Origin: an uncultured Mucilaginibacter sp. | Lineage (GTDB): Bacteria; Bacteroidota; Bacteroidia; Sphingobacteriales; Sphingobacteriaceae | Assembly: GCA_964241965.1 (NCBI GenBank) | Contig: CAXTAP010000001.1 | Location: 264 to 64,263, forward strand | Length of the DNA: 64,000 nt | Direction: 5' to 3' | In this document: in pieces, positions 1 through 9,209 of the stretch | Layout: every line of letters begins with the position of its first letter | Position numbering within the stretch: the first letter of the stretch is position 1 | Notes under the pieces: generated by a model | What the model saw: the letters and a program-made list of their open reading frames with translations, nothing else | The model's database searches: none | Told to the model about the DNA's origin: nothing | Program-made: the position numbers and the translations under genes

Positions 1-2
1 AC

Positions 3-107
3 GCCGATTTAACCAGGGGCGGCGAACTTATCTTTACCATGGGCAGCAAGCCTAACTTGGCCTGGGGTAAATTAATGAAGGACCGGCCGCATTCAAAAAC
101 ATTGTAA
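3..107 (+). CDS. 3' end of a probable GH92 alpha-1,2-mannosidase (partial, begins before the window)
   Basis: Frame from base 3 reads ADLTRGGELIFTMGSKPNLAWG...KTL*, matching the GG-x-L-x-F-x-M-x3-PN-x2-WG C-terminus typical of GH92 proteins. Confidence 0.65.
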   Translation, partial: ADLTRGGELIFTMGSKPNLAWGKLMKDRPHSKTL

Positions 108-418
108 CCGGTTGCATTAACTGCCATCTATCTCTGATCAATAAAGAAACAGGACTGTGACTGGTGCGCTCAGCATATAGTTGTTCTGGTCCGGTCCTGT
201 TTCTTCTTTCATTAGCTTGTTATCCGGGCAGGCTCAAACAGTTGCCTGTGCTCGTATATCTGCTGTGCTATTTTAACACATTAGGTATTGTTTTCACGAT
301 ACCCTTTGAGGTTGGGATATAGCGCAATATAAAGTCTCTTTACCGGCGGCACAAAGGGAAATTAATTCAATGCACAATTCGTTTATCTCGAAAAAAGTTA
401 ATATGCTTGCATAGTATT

Positions 419-853
419 ATGAGGCATCAGGAAACTATTGATTATTTTCTGAAAATAGTATGGCAAACCATGGCCAACCGGTATAATCAGCTGGTGGCCG
501 ATTTTGGCATTACCCAATCCATCGGTTACCTGCTCATTAATATTGATGAAAAGGAAGGTACCACGGTATCGCAGGTAGCTGCTTTGCTGGGCCTTAAGTC
601 AACCAGCTTATCGCGTATGCTGAACCAGCTGGAAAAGCAGGGCCTCATCCACCGCGAATCAAACCAGGGCGATAAGCGTTCGGTAAAGGTTTACCTTACC
701 GAACTGGGCCGCGAAAAACGCCGCATGGCCCGCACGGTTGTTAAGCAGTTTAATAATTACCTGAACGGGCACTTTAGTGAAAAGGAAAAAAAACAGCTCA
801 TTAACGTATTGAAGAAACTGAATCAACTAACCATTGATTATAAACCTGAGTGA
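419..853 (+). CDS. MarR family transcriptional regulator
   Basis: wHTH with SLSRMLNQLEKQGLIHR...DKRS...LTELG motif; ATG at 419 preferred over TTG at 407. Confidence 0.9.
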   Translation: MRHQETIDYFLKIVWQTMANRYNQLVADFGITQSIGYLLINIDEKEGTTVSQVAALLGLKSTSLSRMLNQLEKQGLIHRESNQGDKRSVKVYLTELGREKRRMARTVVKQFNNYLNGHFSEKEKKQLINVLKKLNQLTIDYKPE

Positions 854-1004
854 TTTTTCGCTTTAGCCGCCTGCAGCCCTGCAGGCGGAGCGGAAAATTT
901 TCTGCCCGCCAATCATTTATCTGTTTACAAGCCGTTATATAACGGTTTGCCTTTGATTTTAATGTTAAAAAATGTTAAGCTGCTTGTTTTGAAGGATAAA
1001 ACAA

Positions 1005-1012
1005 TAAATTTG
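1005..1012 (+). promoter_or_regulatory. Bacteroidetes primary-sigma -7 box (TAAATTTG)
   Basis: Matches the TAnnTTTG consensus and lies 19 nt before ATG 1031, supporting that start. Confidence 0.5.
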
Positions 1013-1030
1013 CCGTTTGAAAAAGAATTG

Positions 1031-1540
1031 ATGCACAGGCTGCTTTTATTTATAGGTTTGGGTGTACTGGTGCTGGCAGGCTGTAAAAAAGAAAATGCAA
1101 CGGTAACCTCATCAACCGCTATTAATGCACAGGCTGCTGAAGATGATAAGATTATTCAAAGTTACCTGGCCGCCAATAATCTGACCGCAAAGTTTGCCAA
1201 AGCTAATAAGGATAGTACCGGCCTTTATTACATGATTACTAAAGATACCACTACCACCACCCTGTACAGCAGCTCAACCCTCGTTACGGTGGGTTACGTT
1301 GGCCGGGTGCTTCCCGATGATTATGTGTTTATTCAAACCAATACGTTTCATCCCTCTTTTACTTTGAGCCAGATGATCAGGGGATGGAACACCTGCATTC
1401 CGTTTTGTAAAAAGGGCGGTGCCATACGTATTATTATGGCCTCGCGCTATGCCTACGGGCCCTACGCGCAGGACAGCCTGAAGCTAAAGCCCAATTCGGT
1501 GCTCGATTTCGATATAAACGTTTACGATGTTACTAATTAA
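1031..1540 (+). CDS. FKBP-type peptidyl-prolyl cis-trans isomerase, lipoprotein
   Basis: Lipobox VLAGC; V-x-Y-x-G, MIRGW, S-x-YAYG and PNSVLDFDI FKBP motifs. Confidence 0.88.
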   Translation: MHRLLLFIGLGVLVLAGCKKENATVTSSTAINAQAAEDDKIIQSYLAANNLTAKFAKANKDSTGLYYMITKDTTTTTLYSSSTLVTVGYVGRVLPDDYVFIQTNTFHPSFTLSQMIRGWNTCIPFCKKGGAIRIIMASRYAYGPYAQDSLKLKPNSVLDFDINVYDVTN

Positions 1541-2538
1541 TGAGAATGAGAAGATATACTACCTGTTTGCTTTGCCTGTTTCTTGCCGTTGGTTTGCTCT
1601 CGTGCCGTAAGGACAGGTACCAGCCGACCTTTAAGCAATATGATGACGACCAGATTAAAGCCTATATAGCTGCCAACCATCTCACCGGCATGATACGCGA
1701 TACTACAGGCGGCGATACTACCGGTATTTATTACCAGGTGCTTACCCAGGGAACCGGCCCTGCGGTTGATTACTCGTCAGCGCTTACTTACACTTACTCG
1801 GTGCAGTCGCTCGATGGCAAATATGCGCTGAACGATACGATATTGAATCATCAGAACCAGTACTTGGGCCACATTACACCTGCGGGCTTGCTGATTGCCA
1901 TGCATGATGCCGTAAAGCGGCAGGGTACGCGGGTGCGCATACTGGTGCCCTCACATTTAGCCTACGGGCAAAACGGTGCAACCATTGGCACTGCCTATAC
2001 CCTTAGCAACGCGCAAACAGGTACAGTGAAGATGGGCGGTAATGAATCACTGGATTATTATGTGAACATTATTAATAATGTAACCAGCCAGAATGGTATT
2101 GCCTACCCTAATAATTTCAATACCTATGATGATCAAAGTATAGCTAACTATATTGCGGCCAACAATTTAACCGGCTTTACCAAAATTACTACCGGCACTT
2201 ATGCAGGCTTGTATTACAAAACAAGAACTGCAGGAACCGGAACAACACAGGTAGTGCCTACCTCTACCGTAAATATTTACTACCGGGGCAAGCTGCTGGA
2301 TAATAATGTTTTTGATCCCTCTAATTACTCAACAACTAATATTTCAACGCTTACTACAGGGGTAGTGAGCGATTACACCCTGGGGTTTATGAAAGGGTTG
2401 CTGATGGCAGGCGTATCGGGTACTGATTTTAGCATCATCGTACCATCGCGCCTGGCTTACGGCATTAATGCCAATACCGGCATCCCGGCGCTAAGCTGCT
2501 TATATTTTGACGTAACAATTAATACGGTAACCAACTAA
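1540..2538 (+). CDS. FKBP-type PPIase lipoprotein with two FKBP domains
   Basis: Lipobox LLSC; two VPS-x-LAYG motifs; start overlaps the upstream stop (TAATG). Confidence 0.85.
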   Translation: MRMRRYTTCLLCLFLAVGLLSCRKDRYQPTFKQYDDDQIKAYIAANHLTGMIRDTTGGDTTGIYYQVLTQGTGPAVDYSSALTYTYSVQSLDGKYALNDTILNHQNQYLGHITPAGLLIAMHDAVKRQGTRVRILVPSHLAYGQNGATIGTAYTLSNAQTGTVKMGGNESLDYYVNIINNVTSQNGIAYPNNFNTYDDQSIANYIAANNLTGFTKITTGTYAGLYYKTRTAGTGTTQVVPTSTVNIYYRGKLLDNNVFDPSNYSTTNISTLTTGVVSDYTLGFMKGLLMAGVSGTDFSIIVPSRLAYGINANTGIPALSCLYFDVTINTVTN

Positions 2539-2541
2539 GCA

Positions 2542-3855
2542 TTATTTTTTGGCTACGGCCGCCCGGTAAGCCTTAAGCGCACGCTCCTTACCCTCCCGGT
2601 TGTCAACAATGGGTTTCGGATATTTGCCGGTATCAGCAATCTCCGGAACCCATTGTTTTACATATTCCATCTTAGGATCGAACTTTTTAAGTTGTGCATC
2701 CGGGTTAAACACCCGGAAATAGGGCATTACATCTGTACCTGAGCCAGCCACCCACTGCCAGCTGCCTACGTTGGTTGACGACTCATAATCCAGTAATTTA
2801 CGGGCAAAATAGTGCTCGCCCCAGCGCCAGTCAATTAGCAGGTGCTTAATCAAAAAGCTGGCGGTTACCATGCGTACCCGGTTATGCATAAAGCCGGTTG
2901 CATTCAGTTCGCGCATACCTGCATCTACCAGCGGGTAGCCGGTTTCGCCCCTGCACCAGGCTTCAAAATCCTTTTCGTTATTGCGCCACTGAATATGATC
3001 ATAAGCCGGGCGGTAAGCCTCCGTTTGCGTTTGCGGAAAGAAATCGAGCACCATCATGTAAAACTCCCGCCATACCAGTTCGCCCAGCCAGGTTTGCTCT
3101 TTCTCAAAGGCTTTTCGTGCACAGTCCCTGATGCTGACGGTGCCGAAGCGCAGGTGCAGGCCAATATGCGAGGTGCCCTTCTTTGCCGGGTAATCGCGGT
3201 TGCGGGCATAGTCGGCTATAATATCTTCATACTCATCTTTCGGAAACTCAATTTCGCTTTTTACAAAGCCCATGTCCTTTAACGGAATTAACGGCAGCGG
3301 TTTGGTTTTTACCAGATTGTCAAAGTATTTCTCGTTAGGATAGGATTTCAGGTAAAAAGGCTTCAATGCCTTAAACCAGCGTTTTTTGTAAGGCGTAAAA
3401 ACAGTGTAGGGCTGGCCATTATCCTTTAATACCTCCTGCCTTTCAAAAATGAGCTGGTCCTTATAATCCTTAAAAGGTATATGATGCCGGCTCAATTTCT
3501 CGCCGATGGCCTGATCACGATCCTTGGCATAAGGTTCATAATCGCGGTTGGTGTAAACAGCGGCTATGTTATATTCCTTCAAAATTTCGTTCCAGGCATT
3601 ATCAGGAGTATTGTACTTAACCAGTATGCCGCTGCCATGCTGCTTCAGTTCATCGCGCACCTTTTCAACGGCGTTGTAAATAAATGTTACCCGCGCATCG
3701 TCCTTATCCTCTAAGTGATCCAGTATTTCACGGTCAAAGATAAAGAGGCACAGTACCGGGTTCTTATCCTTTAAAGCCCGGTAAAGCCCGGCGTTATCAT
3801 GCAGCCGTATATCACGCCTGAACCAAAAAATGGTGACTGGTGTATGCTTATCCAT
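2542..3855 (-). CDS. phr: Deoxyribodipyrimidine (CPD) photolyase, class I/III
   Basis: WFRRDIRLHDN; WREFY; GETGYPLVDAGMRELNATGFMHNRVRM; DWRWGE; LLDY...NVGSWQW. Confidence 0.93.
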   Translation of the reverse strand: MDKHTPVTIFWFRRDIRLHDNAGLYRALKDKNPVLCLFIFDREILDHLEDKDDARVTFIYNAVEKVRDELKQHGSGILVKYNTPDNAWNEILKEYNIAAVYTNRDYEPYAKDRDQAIGEKLSRHHIPFKDYKDQLIFERQEVLKDNGQPYTVFTPYKKRWFKALKPFYLKSYPNEKYFDNLVKTKPLPLIPLKDMGFVKSEIEFPKDEYEDIIADYARNRDYPAKKGTSHIGLHLRFGTVSIRDCARKAFEKEQTWLGELVWREFYMMVLDFFPQTQTEAYRPAYDHIQWRNNEKDFEAWCRGETGYPLVDAGMRELNATGFMHNRVRMVTASFLIKHLLIDWRWGEHYFARKLLDYESSTNVGSWQWVAGSGTDVMPYFRVFNPDAQLKKFDPKMEYVKQWVPEIADTGKYPKPIVDNREGKERALKAYRAAVAKK

Positions 3856-4762
3856 AAATCTGTTTTAAGGCACTGCCTACATTCCGGTAAGTAAAATTAA
3901 AATCGGCCTGCTCTATGGCCTGCGGTATCACATGCGCGCTGCTCAGTACCACGGTGCTCATTTTACCCAGCAGCAACCTTAATAGAAAAGCAGGTACGGC
4001 AGGCAGCCACAGCGGTTTTTTGAGCTGCCGGGCAACGGCCTGCGTTAACTGGCGGTTGTTCACCGGCTCAGGCGCAGTCATATTATATACGCCCTGCAGG
4101 GCCTGGTTTTCGATTGCGAAGAGATACATGTCCACTACATCCTTCAGGTGTATCCAGGGAACATACTGCCGGCCGCTGCCCAGGGGAGCGCCTGCATATA
4201 ATTTTACGGGGGCTGCTAACTTGGGCAGGGCGCCGCCCTCGGCGCTGAGCACAACGCCGGTACGCATTTTTACCACCCGCAGGCCCAGGGTTAAGCCCTT
4301 ATCAACGGCGGCTTCCCATTTAATGCAGCAATTGGCCAGAAAATCACGGCCCGGGGCGCTGCTTTCTACCAGAGCCTCATCGCCGCGGTTACCATAATAA
4401 CCGGTTGCCGAGGCAGAAATTACGCTTTTTACCTGATGCTGTCTCTGCTGCATCAATCTGTAAATGAGCGCGATAGATTGTGTGCGGCTGCCGATAATTT
4501 CTTTTCTGCGCTGAGCAGTCCAGCGTTTGTCGGCTACGCCCGCACCGGCCAGGTGGACAACCGTATCCACGCCATCCAGGCACCGCTCATCAATATGGCC
4601 CTGCTCAATATTCCACAAATAGGTAGTTACGCCCGGTAAGCTGCCCGGATTACGGCTCAGGTGGCTTACCTGGCGGCCTTGCGTTAGCAGGGCCTGGGTA
4701 AGATGCTTGCCAATGAGGCCGTTACCACCCGTAATGAGTATGTGTTGCTGCTGCATATTCAT
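3848..4762 (-). CDS. TIGR01777 family NAD-dependent epimerase-like oxidoreductase
   Basis: ITGGNGLIG, HLAGAGVADKRWT, SASATGYYG, PWIHL motifs; overlaps the phr start. Confidence 0.9.
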   Translation of the reverse strand: MNMQQQHILITGGNGLIGKHLTQALLTQGRQVSHLSRNPGSLPGVTTYLWNIEQGHIDERCLDGVDTVVHLAGAGVADKRWTAQRRKEIIGSRTQSIALIYRLMQQRQHQVKSVISASATGYYGNRGDEALVESSAPGRDFLANCCIKWEAAVDKGLTLGLRVVKMRTGVVLSAEGGALPKLAAPVKLYAGAPLGSGRQYVPWIHLKDVVDMYLFAIENQALQGVYNMTAPEPVNNRQLTQAVARQLKKPLWLPAVPAFLLRLLLGKMSTVVLSSAHVIPQAIEQADFNFTYRNVGSALKQIYG

Positions 4763-4781
4763 TGTGTTTAACCTGCAACAC

Positions 4782-5696
4782 TCAGATTTGGTTTGAAGCT
4801 AATTGCGGCGAAACCACATCAGCTTGCTGAAGGGCCTCCTTGAAACTGAGGCACCTGCGCGGAATGATGCGGGTAATGCTGTCATCATAGGCAATGCTGT
4901 CGTTCTCCAGGTTTTCAACGAGGCTTTGCGCCGCAGTAAAGCTGATAGGCGTTAAAAAGTTGAGCCAGTAAGAGGATAACTGCGGCGATACCATAGGCAC
5001 GGTAACAATGCGGGCCCTGGTGTGCTTGCAGGTTTCGGCATAGGTAAGCAGCATTTGCTTAAAGGTAATTACTTCGGGGCCGCCAATGGTGTAAACGGTA
5101 TTGTAAGTGCTGGCGTTAAGCAGGCAGTCGGCCATATAACCGGTAACATCACTGATGGCAATGGGCTGTGCCTGCGCCCTGGCCCAGCTGCGGGCAATAA
5201 TAATCGGGCTTTTATCTGTAAGCCCGTTCAGCATCTCGCTTACAATGCTGTGCGGACCAATGATCATAGCGGTTTTGAGTACTGTAAGCGAGGCATTGGC
5301 GCTGTACAGAATTTCTTCAACATGCTGGCGCGAACGGCTGGCCTCCGTTGCGTGGTTATCAATCTCGCTCACTGAAATAATCTGCCGGCAGCCGGTACTG
5401 TTTAATGCGCGGACGAAGTTTTCGGCGCTCAGGGCCTCCAGGCCTGCAAAGGCGGAGGTTTGGGTCATGGAGCCGGTTAAGTAGTAGGCCGCTTCAATAT
5501 CCTGCGGCAGCGGCTCCATGTTGCGGGTGCGCAGCAAATCACCGGTAATAAGGGTAACTTTATCTGCCAGCGCACTTTGTTTTTGAAAGAGTTTTTTATC
5601 GCGCACCAGGCAAAGTACCTCATAACCTTTCTGCAGTAAAACCGGAATTAAGTGTGTACCTGTATAGCCTCCCGCACCTGTAAGCAAAACTTTCAT
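4782..5696 (-). CDS. YbjT-like NAD(P)-binding (atypical SDR) protein
   Basis: VLLTGAGGYTG Rossmann motif; QPIAISDV; IGGPEV; LSSYWL. Confidence 0.8.
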   Translation of the reverse strand: MKVLLTGAGGYTGTHLIPVLLQKGYEVLCLVRDKKLFQKQSALADKVTLITGDLLRTRNMEPLPQDIEAAYYLTGSMTQTSAFAGLEALSAENFVRALNSTGCRQIISVSEIDNHATEASRSRQHVEEILYSANASLTVLKTAMIIGPHSIVSEMLNGLTDKSPIIIARSWARAQAQPIAISDVTGYMADCLLNASTYNTVYTIGGPEVITFKQMLLTYAETCKHTRARIVTVPMVSPQLSSYWLNFLTPISFTAAQSLVENLENDSIAYDDSITRIIPRRCLSFKEALQQADVVSPQLASNQI

Positions 5697-5716
5697 ATAC
5701 CAGGTGCAACAATAAA

Positions 5717-5748
5717 AAGGGCAGGGGTGTTTTTAAAACCCTGCCCTT
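5717..5748 (-). terminator. Hairpin after the Dabb gene (probable intrinsic terminator), overlapping a promoter-like motif
   Basis: AAGGGCAGGG...CCCTGCCCTT inverted repeat with an adjacent A-run, giving a U-tail on the minus strand. Confidence 0.5.
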
Positions 5749-5770
5749 ATTGACGTTTCCTTAACAATTA

Positions 5771-6082
5771 CTAAATGTTTACGCTGTCATAAACCACTAT
5801 TTTGCTGCAAAGAACCGAGGCTATTTCGTGGGCAAATTTTTCGTGTACGGGGTGGGTTTGGTAGGCTTCCTCGGCAGCGCCGCTCTCAAAAAGCAGCAGC
5901 AGGGATACATCATAGCTGCTATCCACTACGGCACGATAAGTATCCGCAGGCATGCCGATGTGCATCTGCCCGATGTGTTCAATGGATTGCAGGGTTTGCA
6001 GCCCGTTGAGCAGCGCCTGCTTGTCATATTTGTGATGAAGCCAGAAATAAACGTGATGTACAAAGGTGTTTTCGAGCAGCAT
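5771..6082 (-). CDS. Dabb family stress-responsive A/B barrel protein
   Basis: FVHHVYFWL and YQTHPVH motifs; ends VVYDS. Confidence 0.85.
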   Translation of the reverse strand: MLLENTFVHHVYFWLHHKYDKQALLNGLQTLQSIEHIGQMHIGMPADTYRAVVDSSYDVSLLLLFESGAAEEAYQTHPVHEKFAHEIASVLCSKIVVYDSVNI

Positions 6083-6199
6083 AGGATGATTAAATTACAA
6101 ATTAAAAGAAATTGATTTAATAGATTGCATAGGGTTATCAAAGTTCATGTGCATAGATGATAGCAAGCCGCATGTGTTGGTATAAATTTAAATGTTAAA

Positions 6200-7522
6200 T
6201 TAATTTTCTACCAACACATGCGGCTTGTAAGTATCCGTCCGTACCTCCGCTTTTAGCTCATGCAAAATGTTATACAGGCCAAAGTTGGTGCGGTTAACAT
6301 AAATAAAGTGCTTTACGCCCCGTGCCTGCTTAAATTCGGGCATGCGGGATACCTTTTCGCCAAAGCTGTACAGGTTATCAAAAAACTCGGTCTTGCTGAA
6401 ATCAAAGGTGCTGGTAAGATAGGGCTGCGCAAACAGGCTGATCATCTGCTTGTACATATCATAGTAAAAATCAACCTGTGCAGGGGTATCCTTGGGTAAA
6501 ATCATCTCCAGCTGGCGAAACGCCTTTATGGTCTCTTCCCTGTTGTCCAGCATGTTGGTGGAGGTAAGGGCGAAAAAAGGGTAATAAAAATCTTCGGGCA
6601 TTTCCTTAATGCAGCCAAAATCAATAACCCCTAACTTGCCTTCCGGCGTAATCATAAAGTTGCCGGGGTGCGGGTCGGCATGTACGGCACGCAGTTCGTG
6701 CTGCTGAAAATTATAAAAATCCCATAGCGCCTGCCCTATCCGGTTACGCAGTTCCTGAGACGGGCTGGTAGCCAGAAATTCCTTTAAATGCTGCCCCTCA
6801 ATCCAGCTCATGGTAATGATGCGCTTGCTTGACAGCTTAGGATAATAGACAGGGAAAACAATGTTGTTCAAAACAGAGCAGGCCTCAGAAAACTCAATGG
6901 AGCGGCGCACTTCGAGCTCATAGTCGGTTTCCTCCAGCAGGCGCTCCTCTACCTCGCGCATGTAAACATCCAGCTCCTTCTCGCTCATGCCCAGCAGCCG
7001 GAAAGCAAAAGGCTTAACCAGTTTCAGGTCAGAAGATATGGAATCGCCCACGCCGGGGTATTGTATTTTAACCGCCAGCTTCTGCCCGTTCAGTGCTGCC
7101 TCATGCACCTGCCCTATAGAGGCTGCATTGGTAGAGCGCAGGTTGAATTGATCATAAATCTGCTCCGGGGCCTTGCCGAAGTACTTTTTAAAGGTTTGTA
7201 CAATCAGCGGGCCCGACAGGGGCGGGGCGTTGTATTGCGATTGCGAAAACTTATCAACGTAAGCCGTAGGCAGCAGATTTTTATCCATGCTCAGCATCTG
7301 GGCTACTTTCAGGGCGCTGCCCTTAAGTTCGCTCAATGATTCATAAATATCTGCCGCATTATCCTCATTCAGTTCCGTTTTGTCCAGGCTTGGGTTAAAT
7401 AGCTTTTTAGAGTAATGCTTGATATAGTTACCGCCCACCTTAAAGCCGGTTTTTACAAACTTGGCCGAACGCTCAACTTTGCTGGTGGGTATGCTGTTTT
7501 GCTCTTTGCTTTGCTCGCTCAT
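6200..7522 (-). CDS. ABC1/UbiB family atypical protein kinase
   Basis: LKVAQMLS, AASIGQVH, AVKIQYPG, HADPHPGN and DFG motifs. Confidence 0.93.
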   Translation of the reverse strand: MSEQSKEQNSIPTSKVERSAKFVKTGFKVGGNYIKHYSKKLFNPSLDKTELNEDNAADIYESLSELKGSALKVAQMLSMDKNLLPTAYVDKFSQSQYNAPPLSGPLIVQTFKKYFGKAPEQIYDQFNLRSTNAASIGQVHEAALNGQKLAVKIQYPGVGDSISSDLKLVKPFAFRLLGMSEKELDVYMREVEERLLEETDYELEVRRSIEFSEACSVLNNIVFPVYYPKLSSKRIITMSWIEGQHLKEFLATSPSQELRNRIGQALWDFYNFQQHELRAVHADPHPGNFMITPEGKLGVIDFGCIKEMPEDFYYPFFALTSTNMLDNREETIKAFRQLEMILPKDTPAQVDFYYDMYKQMISLFAQPYLTSTFDFSKTEFFDNLYSFGEKVSRMPEFKQARGVKHFIYVNRTNFGLYNILHELKAEVRTDTYKPHVLVEN

Positions 7523-7525
7523 CGT

Positions 7526-8188
7526 TTATTTATCAAATAAGGCCGACAGCTTTTGCGCCGTCAGGCCGGTATAATCACTTACAGACAAGTTGACCTGGTG
7601 CATCTCGCCGGCCGGGTGTGTAGTAGTAATGCCCACCACCCGCATGCCTGCGCCATGCGCAGCCTGCATACCCAAAACAGAATCCTCAAAAACCAAACAG
7701 CTATCGGGCCTTACCTGCAGGTTTTCGGCTGCTTTTAAAAATATCTGAGGATGGGGTTTAGGCTGGCTTACTTCGGTGCCGTTCACTATAACATCAAAGT
7801 ATTGTTTAACGGGCACGTGGTTAAACAAAAAATCAATATTGCCCTGAACGGACGACGAAGCCATGGCAATTTTCCAGCCGGCCCTTTTTAAATCGCCCAG
7901 CAATTGTTCCAGCCCGCTGATAGCTTTAATATGAGGCTGGTACAACTGCATGTACAAGTTGTTTTTTTCCTGCTGCAGGCTTTTTAAATCCTGCTCATCG
8001 TGCTCCTCGCCAAAATATTTTTTCAGCGTTAGCAGCGCAGGTACGCCGCTGATGCTCTCATTATAGGTTTGCCTGGTAATGGCCGGTTTGCCATACTTTT
8101 TAAAAAGCTCCTGCCATGCCTTAAAATGGTACGCGTTGTTATCAATCAGCGTACCATCCATATCAAATATCGCAGCGTATCGGGTCAT
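7526..8188 (-). CDS. HAD family phosphatase (beta-PGM/CbbY-like)
   Basis: IFDMDGTL, KPHP and VFEDS motifs. Confidence 0.88.
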   Translation of the reverse strand: MTRYAAIFDMDGTLIDNNAYHFKAWQELFKKYGKPAITRQTYNESISGVPALLTLKKYFGEEHDEQDLKSLQQEKNNLYMQLYQPHIKAISGLEQLLGDLKRAGWKIAMASSSVQGNIDFLFNHVPVKQYFDVIVNGTEVSQPKPHPQIFLKAAENLQVRPDSCLVFEDSVLGMQAAHGAGMRVVGITTTHPAGEMHQVNLSVSDYTGLTAQKLSALFDK

Positions 8189-8239
8189 TACGTTATACAT
8201 AAGAGTTTAGCCGTAATGTTTGTTTACCGCCGGGGCGCT

Positions 8240-8902
8240 TTAATATCGCTTTGCGGCCATGCGCTCCCTTAAGCCGCCGTTTTTGAACAAAAATTTACCA
8301 TAATCAAGCAGGTTGTCCACCGGCGAGCGCTGAAAAAGATCGAAGGTTACATTCACGCCCTTTTCAATGGCCTCGTCTGTTTTCTCAAAACCGGCTGAGT
8401 TATCACTGGCCCAGAATTTCAGCACAAAGCCAAACTGCAGCCAGAAGGCATCCTTATAGCGGCTGGTAAAAAATTTGCGGTCGGCCAGTTCATTGCTTTC
8501 CAGGCCCTGCTTAATAATATCATCGGCAAAGTTTTCCACCAGCGTTTTCAGGGTATCAAGCACCCGCGGCGAGCCCATGCCCTGCTGATGTTTTGTAAGG
8601 CTGTAAATGGCAAAGCTGCGGCTGCCTTTAAGCAACTCAAAAAAGCTGTAGAAAAAAGACAGGGCCTTCTCGCGTGCCGAGTATTCCGGCCACACCTCCT
8701 GGGTTTTGATTTCGGTAATGGTTTTGCGGGCGAACTCCGCCCAGATGTTCTGCTCTACAGCCTCAAATGAGCCAAAAAAGCGGTAAAACTCTTCCTCGGT
8801 CATCTCATTATTTTTAGCAAACAGATAAACTGATTTTGGCTCGCGGCCCTCGGTCAGTACATAATCTATATAGGCAGCTTGTATGCTCTCAGTGGTGGCC
8901 AT
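8240..8902 (-). CDS. TetR-family C-terminal domain protein (Bacteroidetes type)
   Basis: FYRFFGSF; SAREKALSFFYSFFE; DNSAGFEKTDEAIEK; usually found beside ABC1 kinases in Bacteroidetes. Confidence 0.75.
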   Translation of the reverse strand: MATTESIQAAYIDYVLTEGREPKSVYLFAKNNEMTEEEFYRFFGSFEAVEQNIWAEFARKTITEIKTQEVWPEYSAREKALSFFYSFFELLKGSRSFAIYSLTKHQQGMGSPRVLDTLKTLVENFADDIIKQGLESNELADRKFFTSRYKDAFWLQFGFVLKFWASDNSAGFEKTDEAIEKGVNVTFDLFQRSPVDNLLDYGKFLFKNGGLRERMAAKRY

Positions 8903-9209
8903 CGTGTTTTTTGATTTATGAGTAAATATACGCGGTAATCATTTAGCAAAAGTCATGCTGATGTTGTATTTATTGATCAAACCCGGCAATATTTATTACA
9001 GGCAGCCGGCAAAGTAAATGTATTATAGGTGTTGATTATCAAATATTTAATTTATTTTTGATAGTGTAGTGCCGGCCGGCCGGTTTATCATCAAACCCGA
9101 AAAAATGATAGACAGTATGCCCTACGGTATAGCCGCTTTGAATTAGCCGGACTGCAGGGTTGGAGTAATGTTGTTTTTACTGTGCATTTTATCAACTAAA
9201 TCACATATA

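Noticed and set aside
144-205. 12-bp inverted repeat after the GH92 gene as a riboswitch or ncRNA
   Set aside because: No recognisable riboswitch motif; most likely a 3' stem or terminator-like structure.
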